A DNA stretch of 64,000 nucleotides from the human T2T-CHM13v2.0 reference genome, Homo sapiens, in assembly GCF_009914755.1 (NCBI RefSeq), contig NC_060925.1, one strand, 5' to 3'. Shown here in pieces: positions 53,401-64,000 of this stretch. Numbering within the stretch: position 1 is the stretch's first letter; every line of letters starts with the position of its first letter. A model generated the notes under the pieces. The model made no database searches and had not been told where the DNA came from. It saw nothing but the letters and a program-made list of their open reading frames with translations. A program made the position numbers and the translations under genes.

Positions 53401-56304
53401 ATTCCATTTGACTCCATTCAATGATTCCACTCGAGTCCATTCGATTATTTCATTAGATTCCATTTGATGATGATTCCATTTGATGCCATTCGACGAATCC
53501 ATTTGATTCCATTCAATGATGGTTCCATTTGAGTTTATTTGATAATGACTGCATTCGATTCCATTTGATGATTCCATTTGATTCCATTCGATGACGACTC
53601 TGATCAATTCCATTCGATGATTCCATTTGGTTCCATTTGATGATTCCATTTGATTTCATTCAAAAATGATTCCATTCGAGTCCATTCGATGATTCCATTC
53701 GAGCCCATTCGATAATTCTATTTGAGTCCAATCCATGATTCCATTTGAGTCCATTCAATCATTCCATTTGAGTCCATTCGATGATGATTCCATTTGAGTG
53801 CATTCGATGATTCCATTCGAGTCCATTCAATAATTCCATTTGAGTCCATTCGATGATGCTTTTGATTCCGTTTGATGATATTCCATTCGAGTCCATTTGA
53901 TGATTCCATTGGATTCTATTCGAAGATGATTCCATTTGTGTCCAGTCGGTGATTCCATTCGATTTCATTCGATGATGATTCCTTTCGAGTCCACTCGATG
54001 ATTCCATTCGAGTCCATGCAATGATTAAATTCAAGTCCATTTGATGATTCCCTTCAATTCCACTTGATGTTTCCATTTGAGTAAATTCGATGATTCCATT
54101 TGATTCCATTCGATGATGATTCCATTTGATTCCATTTGATGATTCTATTTGAATCCATTTGATGATTGCTTTTTATTATACTTGATGAAGATTCCATTCG
54201 ATTCCATTCGATGATGCTTCCGTTCGAATCCCTTTGATGATTCCATTAGATTTCATTTTCTGATGATTACATTCGAGTCCAATCGATGATTCCTCTCAAT
54301 TCCATACGATGATGATTCCATTTGATTCCATTCGATGATTCCATTCTATTGCATTCAATAATGATTCTCTTAGAGTAAATTAGATGATTCTATTCGATTC
54401 CATTTGATGATTATTCTATTCATGCCCATTACATGATTCCACACGATTCTATTTGATGATGATTCTATTCGAGTCCATTCGATGATTCCATTCGATTCCA
54501 TTTGATGATTCCATTTGATTCCATTGGATGATGATTGCTTCGATTCCGTTCGATGATTCCATTCGATTCCATTGGATGATGATTCCGTTCGATTTCATTT
54601 GATGACTCCATTCGATTCCATTGGATGATGATTCCCTTCGATTTCATTTGATGATTCCTTTTGATTCTATTCGAGGATTCCATTCGATTCCATTCGATGA
54701 TGATTCCATTTGAGTCCATTCGATGATTCCATTCGATTCCATTCATTGGTGATTGCATCCAATTCCATTCATTGATTGCATTCCATTCCATTCACCAATG
54801 ATTCCATTTGATTCCATTCCATGATTCCACTTGATTCCACTTGACGATGATTCCATTCGATTCCATTTGATTCCATTCGATGATGATTGCTTCGATTCCG
54901 TTCGATGATTCCATTCGATTCCATTGGATGATGATTCCGTTCAATTTCATTTGATGACTCCATTCGATTCCATTGGATGATGATTCTGTTCGATTTCATT
55001 TGATGATTCCTTTTGATTCTATTCGAGGATTCCATTCGATTCCATTCAATGATGATTCCATTTGAGTCCATTCGATGATTTCATTCGAGTTCATTCAATG
55101 ATTCAATTCGAGTCCATTTGATGATTCCATTGGATTCCATTTGATGATGATTCCACTAGAGTCAGTTTGATGACTCCATTTGAGTCCATTCGATAATTCC
55201 ATTTGAGTCCATTCAATGATTCCATTCGATTCCATTTGATGATTCCATTCGTGTCCATTTGATCATTACTTTCGTGTCCATTTGGTGATTCCATTGTATT
55301 ACTTTTGATGATGTTCCCCTTCGATTCCATTTGACGATGATCCCATTCGATTCCTTTCGATGATGATTCCATTCGAGTCCATTCAGTGATTCCATTTGAT
55401 TCCATTCAATGATGATTCCATTCATATCCTTTTGATGATTCCATTCTAGTCCCTTCATTGATTCCATCTGATTCCATTTTACGATGATTCCATTCGAGTC
55501 CATTTGATGATTGCATTCGATTTCATTGGTTGATTCTATTGGAGTCTATTCGATTATTCCATTCGAGTCTATTTGATGATTACATTTGATTCCATTCGAT
55601 GATGATTCCATTCGTTTCCATTCGATGATTCGGTTCGATTCCATTAGATGATCCCCTGTGATTCCTTTCCATGATGATGCCATTCCATTCCATTCGATGA
55701 TTCCATTCTATTGTATTCCATGATGATTCCTTTTGATTCCATTCGCTGATGATTCCATTCGATTCCATTCAGTGGAGGATTCCATTCAATTCCATTCGAT
55801 GATGACTGCATTTGGTTCCATTCGATGATGATTCGAATGGATTCCATTTGATTTCTCCATTCGATTACATTCATTGATGATTCCATTCGCTCCCAATACA
55901 TTATTATTCCATTAGATTCCATTCGATGATGATTCCATTCGATACCATTCGATGACGATTCCATTCGATCCCATTAAATGATTCCATTCGATTCCATTCG
56001 ATGATTCCATTCGACTCCATTCGATGATTATTCCATTCGAGTTAATTCAATGACTCCATTCAAAACCATTCGATGATGATTTCATTCGAGTCCATTCATT
56101 GATTCCATTCCAGTCCATTTGATGATTCCTTTCAATTCCTTTTGATGATGATTACATTCTAGTCCATTCAATGATTCCATTTGATTCCATTCGTTGATGA
56201 TTCCATTTGAGGGCATTCGATGATTCCATTTGATTTCATTTGATGACGATGCCATTTGATTGCATTTGATGATTCCATTCTATTCCATTTGATGATGATT
56301 CCAT
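50453..56304 (+). repeat. Human satellite 2 (HSATII), diverged, CATTC strand on top (opposite to the first block)
   Basis: CCATTCGATTCCATTCGATGATGATT / CATTCGAGTCCATTCGATGATT units. Confidence 0.93.
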
Positions 56305-56325
56305 CATCATCCACCCATCTGCCAC

Positions 56326-58846
56326 GGGTGGCAGAAAGCCGCGGCGGGCAAATGCCACGCCTGCGAGGGGGGCACAAATCCGCGGCGGCGGGTGGTAAAA
56401 AGCCGCGGCGGGCAACAAGCCGAGGCGGGGTGGGGGCAAAAAGTCGCAGCGGCGGGGGCTAAAAAGCCGCGGCGGCAGGGGGCAAAAAGCCGCCGCGGCG
56501 TGGGCAAAAAGCCGCAGCGCGTAAAAAGCCGAGGCGGGGTGGGGGCAAAAAGCCGCAGCGGGTAAAAGGCCACGGGGGCAGGGGGGAAAAAGCCACGGCG
56601 GGGAAAAGCCGCGGCGGCGGGGGGGCAAAAAGCGGCGGGGTGCGAAAAGCGGCGGGGTGCAAAAAGTGGCGAGGGGCAAAAAGCTGCGGTGGGCAAAAAG
56701 CCGAGGCAGGGTGGGGGAAAAAAGCCGCGGCGGCGGAGGGGCAAAAAGCCGAGGCGGCGAGTTGGGGCAGAAAGCCGCAGCGGGCAAAAAGCCTAGGCGG
56801 CGGTGGGGCAAAAAGCCGCGGCGGCGGGTGGGTGGCAGAAAGCCGCGGCGGGCAAAAATCCGAGGCGGGGTGGGGGCAAAAGCCGCCGCGGCGGTGGGGC
56901 AAAAAGCCGCGGCGGCAGGTGGGTGGCAGAAAGCCGCGGCGGGCAAAAAGCCGAGGCGGGGTGGGGGCAAAAAGCCGCGGCGGGTGAAAAGTTGCGGGGG
57001 CAGGGGGGAAAAAGCCACTTCGGGGAAAAAGCCGCGGCGGCGAGGGGGCAAAAAGCCGCGGGGTGCAAAAAACAGCGGGGTGCAAAAGGCGGCGGGGGGC
57101 AAAAAGCCGCAGCGGCGGGGGCGGCAAAAAGCCGCAGCGGGCAAAAAGGCGCGGCGACAAAATTCGCAGCGGCGAGGGGTCAAAAAGCCGCGGCGGGATA
57201 AAGCCCTGGCGCCGAGGGGGCACAAAGCCGCGGCGGGCAAAAAGCCTAGGCGGGGTGGGGGGATTAAGCCGCGGCGGCGGGGCGGGAAAAAGCCGCGGCG
57301 GGCAAAAACCCGAGGCGGGATTGGAGCAAAAAGTCGCGGCGGCGGGGTGGGCAGAAAGCCGCGGCGGGCAAAAAGCCGCGGCGGCGATGGGGGCACAAAG
57401 CCGCGGCGGGTAAAAAGCCGAGGCGTGGTGGGGGCAAAAAGCCGCTGCGGCGGTGGGGCAAAAAGCCACGGCGGCGGGGGCTAAAAAGCCGCTGCGGACA
57501 AAAAGCCGCGGCGGCGGCAGGGGGGTGGGGGCGGAAAGCCACAGCGGGCAAAAAGCCGCGGCGGCGAGGGGCACAAAGCCGTGGCGGGCAAAAACCCGAG
57601 GCGGGGTGGGGGCTAAAAGCCGCGGCGGCGGGGGTAAAAAACCGCCCCGGGCAAAAAGCCACTGTGGCAGGGGTGTAGAAAGCCGTGGCGGCGGTGGGGT
57701 GCAGAAAGCCGCGGCGGGCAAAAAGCCGCGGTGGCGAGGGGGGCACAAAGCTGCGGCGGGCAAAATGCCGAGGCGGGGTGGGGGCAAAAAGCCACGGCGG
57801 CGGGGGGTAAAAAGCCGCGGCGGGCAAAAAGTCGCGGCGGCAGGGAACAAAAAGCCGCGGCGGCAGGGGCTAAAAAGCCGCGGCGGCGGGGGGCAAAAAG
57901 CCGCAGCGGCGGGGGGCAAAAATCCGCGGTGGGCAAAAAGCCGAGGCAGGGTGGGGACAAAAAGCCGCGGCGGGTAAAAAGCCGTGGGGGCAGGGGGGAA
58001 AAAGCCACGGCGAGGAAAAAGCCGCGGCGGCAGGGACCAAAAAGCGGCGGGGTGCAAAAAGCGAAGGGGGGCAAAATGCCGCAGCGGCAAAATTCGCAGC
58101 GGCGAGGGGTCAAAAAGCCGCGGCGGGCTAAAAGCCCTGGCGCCGCGGGGGCACAAAGCCGCGGCGGGCAAAAAGCCGAGGCGGGGTTGGGGGAATAAGC
58201 CGCTGGGGCGGGCGGGAAAAAGCTGCGGCGGCGGGGGTGCAAAAAGCCGCGGCGGGCAAAAAGCCGAGGCGTGTTGGGAGCAAAAAGTCGCGGCGGCGGG
58301 GTCGGCAGAAAGCCGCGCCGGGCAAAAAGCCGCGGCGGGGTCGCGGCAAAAAGCCGAGGCGGGGTGGGGGCTAAAAGCCGCGGCGACGGTGGGGCAAAAA
58401 GCCACGGCGGCGGGGGACAAAAAGCTGTGGCGGCCAGGGCTAGAAAGCCGCGGCGCGCAAAAAGCCGCAGTGGCGGGGGGGCAAAAAGCCGCGGCGCGGG
58501 GGGGGGGGGCACAAAGCCGCATGGGGTAAAAAGCCGCGGGGGCAGGGTGGAAAAAGCCACGGCGGTGATAAAGCCGCGGCGGCGGGGGGGGCAAAAAGCG
58601 GCGGGGGGCAAAAAGCGGCAGGGGGCAAACAGCCGCGGCAGCGGGTGGGGGACAAAGCCGCGGCGGGCAAAAAGCCAGGGCGGCAAAATTCGCAGCGGCG
58701 AAGGGTCAAAAAGCCCTGGCGTTGTGGGGGCAAAAAGCCGCTGCGGACAAAAAGCCGAGGCGCGGTGGGGGAAAAAGCCGCGGCGGCAGGGGGGGCAAAA
58801 AGCCGCGGCGGCGGGGGGGCAAAAAGCCGTGGCGGCGGAGGGCGAA
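56326..58846 (+). repeat. GC/CpG-rich pericentromeric satellite, (GGGCAAAAAGCCGCGGCG)n-type, about 2.5 kb
   Basis: More than 100 variable units of about 17-26 bp, each an A4-6 tract followed by GCCGCGGCGG and G-runs. Very few T on the + strand. Resembles the GGGCAAAAGCCG repeats reported at pericentromeric duplication boundaries. Confidence 0.9.
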
Positions 58847-58989
58847 ATAATGGAGATGGGGTGGAAGGCCGGCACAGCTTGGCATTGCTGGAGTGCGATG
58901 TGACAGGAAATGTGCAGCCAAAGACAAAAAAAGATGTAAGTAGGCTTGACTCATTGAAGCTAAGAACCCAGATGTTATCTTGAGGGTAT

Positions 58990-59320
58990 TAACTAATAAC
59001 CAGTTTAAATCAGAATGTCACATTCTGATTTGTTTCTTGTACGTTCACATTTGGCAGGCATAGATACTGTTTGAAGAGAGAAAAGTCAGTAGAGAGAGGT
59101 AACAAACTTAAATATGTACCAAGTCTAGAAACAAGAGACCAGGGGGATAGGGACCTTTCAAAATAAAATGCAAGATTTGAAAACTGATTGGCTGGGGGAT
59201 GAGGAAAAGGCAGGTCTTTAAGGTCCATCCCTGTTTTGCTTTAAGTTGTTAGGGGGTGGTTTTATCACATGTTGTAGAATATGTCATTTCAGTTTTGAAC
59301 ATCTTGAGTTAAATTGTCCT
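58990..59320 (-). mobile_element. L2 fragment (degenerate)
   Basis: CAAGATTTGAAAACTGATTGGCTGGGGGATGAGGAAAAGG and TTTCAGTTTTGAACATCTTGAGTT resemble antisense L2 3' motifs. Boundaries are approximate. Confidence 0.55.
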
Positions 59321-61264
59321 AACATATCTTATGAATTTGATTTTATTCCCTGGGAAGCTAATATTTGAAACACTTAAAGAGGATATAGATTTCCAACTTG
59401 TATCCAGTTTATAAAACTATCTCTAGGCTGCTGATTTCAGGAGGAGGCTCATGAGTATTCTCTTTGCAGAGAATATATCAGGAGTTAACAACAGCTTCAA
59501 TATTTGTGGATGACCAGTTAACTAAGCCACCTCTTAGTGTCTTTAGTTGGGAAATCTTAGCTGAAGATATTCAATAATGAACCAAGAGTGACTAAGAAAT
59601 TCAATATTTAAGTATATTTCATTGTAATTAATTTGAATTGAAGTAGCCATATACAGCTAGTATTTACTATATTAAACAATGCAAATAAGAGGAAAAAATT
59701 AATAACCATCTCTAATACCACATGCCAAAATCCTCATCAATTTATTCTAGCTAAAGGAGTTGATCAGAAGCAGTAGTTGAAAGCACCAACTAAACCAGCT
59801 GGGGATAGTTCACTGTCATTCTCTCAGAACCATCTCTTCTCTGAACAAAACAAGTACAGGAGTTCATTGTGAATCTGCATTCTCCTTGCCTATTTTAAGG
59901 TTTTGATGTTGACGCAAATTTGTGAAATCCCTCCTGTGGTGTGATATTTCGTTTTCCTTGCTTTGTGTTAGGACAAGAATGCTTCAGCTCTTAATTTAAA
60001 ATTATGTTTCTCCCTCCTAGGTTGAGTGAACTTAGAATGCATTCTCTGACATATCCAAGATTTTGTTAATATGAATTTCGGGAAAAAAGCATACTTAATT
60101 AGCTAAGACGTCTTCTTCTAAGCTTGACCCTATGTTCGACATCTTTTGAATTTCTAGTTGCATGGGCTGCTCTCTGACACTGGTTAGTGACCTGGAAGCT
60201 CTATTAATGTTAGGGGAGGTGGTGTATGAGCATTAGAGGTATCCTTGCAAGGAAAGACTTGTCTTATCTCAATACGTCTTTTTTTTGCACACAAGAAAGT
60301 CAATGTCTGAGTCTTCTAAAATCTTCCTATTTCCAAATTGCAGATTATGATTGATTCCTAAACAAAGACCTAATTTTTGACTCAGAGACGTGGCAAGGTA
60401 GTGAATCACCGTTATAATTTAGCAATCTTCAAGATAAAATTATCTCTGATATTTAGATTTTGCCCAATTATTAAGATATTTGGGTGTTTCGTTAAGAAAG
60501 GAAGACTCTAGTCTCTTGAGCAGACACTATAAAGGCCTCAGATGATCATTTTAAATTGTATGCCCTTTTCTTTAACACCTTCAACACAGTTGGAAGCAGC
60601 TGATATTCCCCAGAGTTGTTGTGTTTTTTAAACCAAATGCATGGTTCAGTGGTAGAAAACTGGGCTGATCCAAGCTGTTTTCAGTAAACACTTCATTTCA
60701 GGTGACCTATTTCATATTAAATAATCTCTAGATCCTGTCTTCGAAACTAACTAGATCAGATAACCTACCCTGGATTTTCTCCTTTTAGGGTCTGTGAGCT
60801 GCAGTCACTTTTGTGAAAATGATTGCAATGACAAGACAGAGTTGTAGATGGGGAAAATGTTTTGACTCATTTAAGCATAGTGGTATTTCATATGAGAATT
60901 TAAGTTACACACATTTGAAAATTATAATGGAGTCTCTTGGTTGAGCTTTAAACAAAAATAGCGTTTAGGGTAAAAAGGGAACTGCTACCTCTCCTAAAAT
61001 CAGAAAGATGTTACAGTAATTCTCCATTCTCTAGAATTATCAAGAAGCACCTTTGTGATGATTTACTTTTGCTCTTGGGAGTGTGAGCCCGTGCAGTCGT
61101 GGAACCATCAATTAGAATGGTGGCTTTGTGATCCCAAAGTCATTCATTCTGAAAACAATATTTTTCATAAATTTGAAAGTGAGAAGTTTTGATCTTGCCA
61201 TTCCCAAGTAACTGTCTTAATAAGAGGCATCAGCATGCTTCAGTGACAGCTGTCACCTTCCAGT

Positions 61265-62035
61265 GCTGAGAGTCATCTTTGAGTTCTCCATTTCACTCCC
61301 TACACTCCAATTTAGCTGCAGTTCTCTTGGCCAGTCCTATGAAATACATCCATGGCCTAACGACTTCTCACCACTACTACCACTCATGCTGACAGCATTC
61401 TCACCTAAGTCACTACCTTTTTTCGCTGGATTAGAGTAGCCTCCCAATTTATTTGCTCACATAACCTATTTATTCTACACAGTGCACCAGATACACCCCT
61501 TTGAAATGCAAACACAATCATGTTATTCTCTGGTGAAATTATCTCGTATATTCCTATCGCATTTAAAATTAATTCAGAATCATCCCATGATTATCAAAAC
61601 CCTACATGCTCTTCCACAACATGGTTTACTTCCAAGATATCTCTTCAACTTTTTTTTCACTGTACTGAATTTGTGACTAATAGTCATTTTTCTTTGTTTT
61701 TGCTCAAAAAGTCTTGACTTGTAAATTTTTCAGTTTCTCCTTTATCCACAGGTAACTCTTTCCTCATAAGGCGAATTGCTTGCTTCCTTGAGTTCTGCTC
61801 TCAAAGGTACCCTTCATTTTCTACCTAATATTAATAACTTTAATCATTCATTATTCCATTACTATGCTCTATTATGTATACAATTTCTGTTCTTTGTCAT
61901 GTTATTAACTAAATTATTTATTGGGTCCAGTAAAGTATTCCATAAATATTGTACACATAAAAATTGTGTTATTTTTATTCCTGTATGCTCAGCTGCCCAA
62001 TAACAGTCTGAGGATTAACATATTTGTTAAATGCA
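61265..62035 (+). mobile_element. L2 3' fragment (degenerate)
   Basis: GAGTCATCTTTGAGTTCTCC...TTCTACACAGTGCACCAGA...TTTGAAATGCAAACACAATCATGTTATTCTCTG...CAAAACCCTACATGCTCT...ATATTTGTTAAATG follows the motif order of the L2 3' end. Confidence 0.7.
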
Positions 62036-62367
62036 CAAATACATTCTTTCACAAATATTAGTTTAATTATTTTATATTAAACTCCCTCTATACTTACAAT
62101 ATGAATTAGATAATTCAGAATAAACATTCCATTGGAAAAAGCTACAGAATTTGTTATAAAACATCCTTAAAAGCATCAGAAAGTTAATACAGCAATGAAG
62201 AATTACAGTACCAAATTAAGAATGGTATGAAAGCCTGTTTGTGACGCTTATGTTTGGGTTATCCCTTTACTTGAGTGACTATAAATCTCAAAAGAGAACT
62301 AAAGGGAGAAATAACCGTATCTACTAACATGCTAAGGGTACTTAAACATCTCTTAGTAATTGAGAAA

Positions 62368-62510
62368 ATTGAAAGAAAAGAAAAAAGAGAAAGGGAGAAA
62401 GAGAAACAGCGAAAGGGATAATGAAGGAGATAGAAGAGAAAGGAAGAGGAAGAAAAGTAAAAAGGAGGAGGAGGGGGAAGGAGGAAGGAAGAAAGGTGAA
62501 AAGAAAGAAT
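62368..62510 (+). repeat. GA-rich low-complexity polypurine tract
   Basis: GAAAGAAAAGAAAAAAGAGAAAGGGAG...GGAGGAGGAGGGGGAAGGAGGAAGGAAG. Confidence 0.85.
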
Positions 62511-62559
62511 GGTAAACTTTTTAACAACATAATTTATCCTTCCAGAATATGAATGTTGG

Positions 62560-63950
62560 TCTATTTGATGATTTCCCACAGATTCATTAGTCTCTGCTCA
62601 TTGTTTATTTTTTATTCTTTCTGTTTCTCAGAGTCAGTATTTTCCATTTTCTTCTCTTCAAGTTCATGGCTTCTTCTGTGTGTGCAAATATACTCTTAAA
62701 TCCCTCTGGTGATTTTTAAATTTTTATCACTGTAGTTTTCCACTCCAGAATTTCTGTTATCTCTTTGCTGATATTCCTACTTTTTAATATTTTTTCTGAT
62801 TCCTTTATTTCTTTCTTTATGTTTTCCTTTTGACATTTGAGTATAACGAAGAGAGTTGTTTTAAAGTCTTTGTCTGGTAAGTTTGATGTCTGGGTTTCCT
62901 TAGGGATATTTTCTGTCAATTTATTTTGGTCCTTTGAATGAGCCACACTTTCCCATTCTTTGTATGCCTTGTAACGTTTTTTGAAAACTGGACATTCTAA
63001 TAATTATAATTACCATGTGGTTACTCGGTAAATCAGACCCCCCCCCCTACAAACACAGTAACGTTTTGTGGTTTTAAATTTTCTTTACTTATTATATGGT
63101 TAAGGATTTTTTTTTTTAGTGAAATTTTCCAAAGTGATTTACAAAACTGTTTGGTTTATAAGGTGTGGTCACCGAAGTCTTTTTGTTTCCTTAACAAATG
63201 TTAAGCTAATGTTTTGACAGTGATGTTCTGGTATGTCAGGAACCAATCAAACAGGCAAATACAAGAAAAACAAAAAGAAAAACAAGTAATCATTGTCCAG
63301 CAAAATATGTCTCTAGGCCATGCAGACTGGCTTTGTGCTGGGTTCTTTAAAGCCGGCACAAAGTGTGTGTTCACTCTTGCACTGAGTGAAGTTCAATTTC
63401 ACTCTTGCACAGAGCTTGCACTGAGGGGAGGGATCGGCCAAGGTAAAAGTGTAGGGTCTTCTTATGACATTTGTCAGCATGTGGCTTAACCTATGAATAC
63501 ATGTGACTTTGTAGACTCTCCCATGTACGTGAATGATTTTGTATATCTTAGTTTTTGAAATACTGTTCCCCAACTTTTCTTGCTGTGCTGAAGGTGATCT
63601 ACTATATGCGTAAACTTTAATTTTTGGCCTAAGCATCTGTGGTTTGTTAGGTCTCCTTGCAGAGTTTCTTAATAATGTCCATTCCTTATCTGTTCTGTAT
63701 TCTAGCAACACAGAAAAAAAAAAAGCCTTTCAGGAGTTCTTTAGGTATCCCCCAGACCAGTCAGAACAGACACATCATAATTTGCGGGTAAGATCTTCTC
63801 TTGTTCCTTTGGACCATGGACCAGGCTTCCTCACTGGGAACGTGGGCTTCTGACCCTTCAGAACTGCCAATTTGCTGGGGCAAAGGCAAGTTAAAAATGT
63901 CGTAAAGTTTTCCAGTTGTCTTTTTCTTGAGTCTGCTTTCACTTGGTTGT
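62560..63950 (-). mobile_element. Ancient L1M 5' region (ORF1 N-terminus and 5'UTR remnant)
   Basis: Minus-strand MAHSKDQNKLTENIPKETQTSNLPDKDFKTT...EITEILEWKTTVIKI resembles the ORF1 start and coiled-coil of old mammalian L1s. TCTTCAAGTTCA...CCCTCTGGTGATTTT...CTCCAGAATTTC is the typical antisense ORF1 signature. Extent beyond about 63000 is less certain. Confidence 0.72.
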
Positions 63951-64000
63951 TGTAATCTTTTGACCATTTTCCAGAGTTTTGGCGAAGTTTATTCGGACAG

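Noticed and set aside
38866-55964. MESSNGIEWNH-type repetitive ORFs; alternative call of HSat3
   Set aside because: These are satellite translations. The frequent ATC/GAT triplet insertions and CATTCGATTC units fit HSat2 better than simple-pentamer HSat3.
56236-58983. Long ORFs (711, 420, 386 aa) rich in P/R/A/F or K/G/R
   Set aside because: The GC satellite is nearly devoid of stop codons by composition. Several frames on both strands are open, and starts are mostly non-ATG.

Overview
This window is hominid (human or great-ape-like) pericentromeric heterochromatin, with no credible protein-coding gene. From left to right it contains: (1) about 34 kb of diverged 171-bp alpha satellite with irregularly mixed CENP-B-box and pJalpha-box monomers (SF5/R1-R2-like), interrupted by two 5'-truncated L1PA insertions, one with a twin-priming inversion, and carrying a perfect 680-bp 4-monomer tandem duplication; (2) about 4.6 kb of a GC-rich SST1/NBL2-like satellite with a unit of about 2.4 kb. 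Both monomers carry the same tiny L1 3' end with an apparent 3' transduction, and most of the second monomer is flipped, giving a 1.87-kb-arm inverted repeat; (3) two HSat2 (HSATII) blocks in opposite orientation around a 2.5-kb island of old interspersed repeats; (4) a 2.5-kb CpG-rich GGGCAAAAAGCCGCGGC satellite; (5) about 5 kb of euchromatin-like sequence with L2 and old L1M fragments. All supplied ORFs are explained by repeats. I found no new protein-coding system; the most interesting signals are structural. Repeat family names come from recall of consensus sequences, not from a database search.
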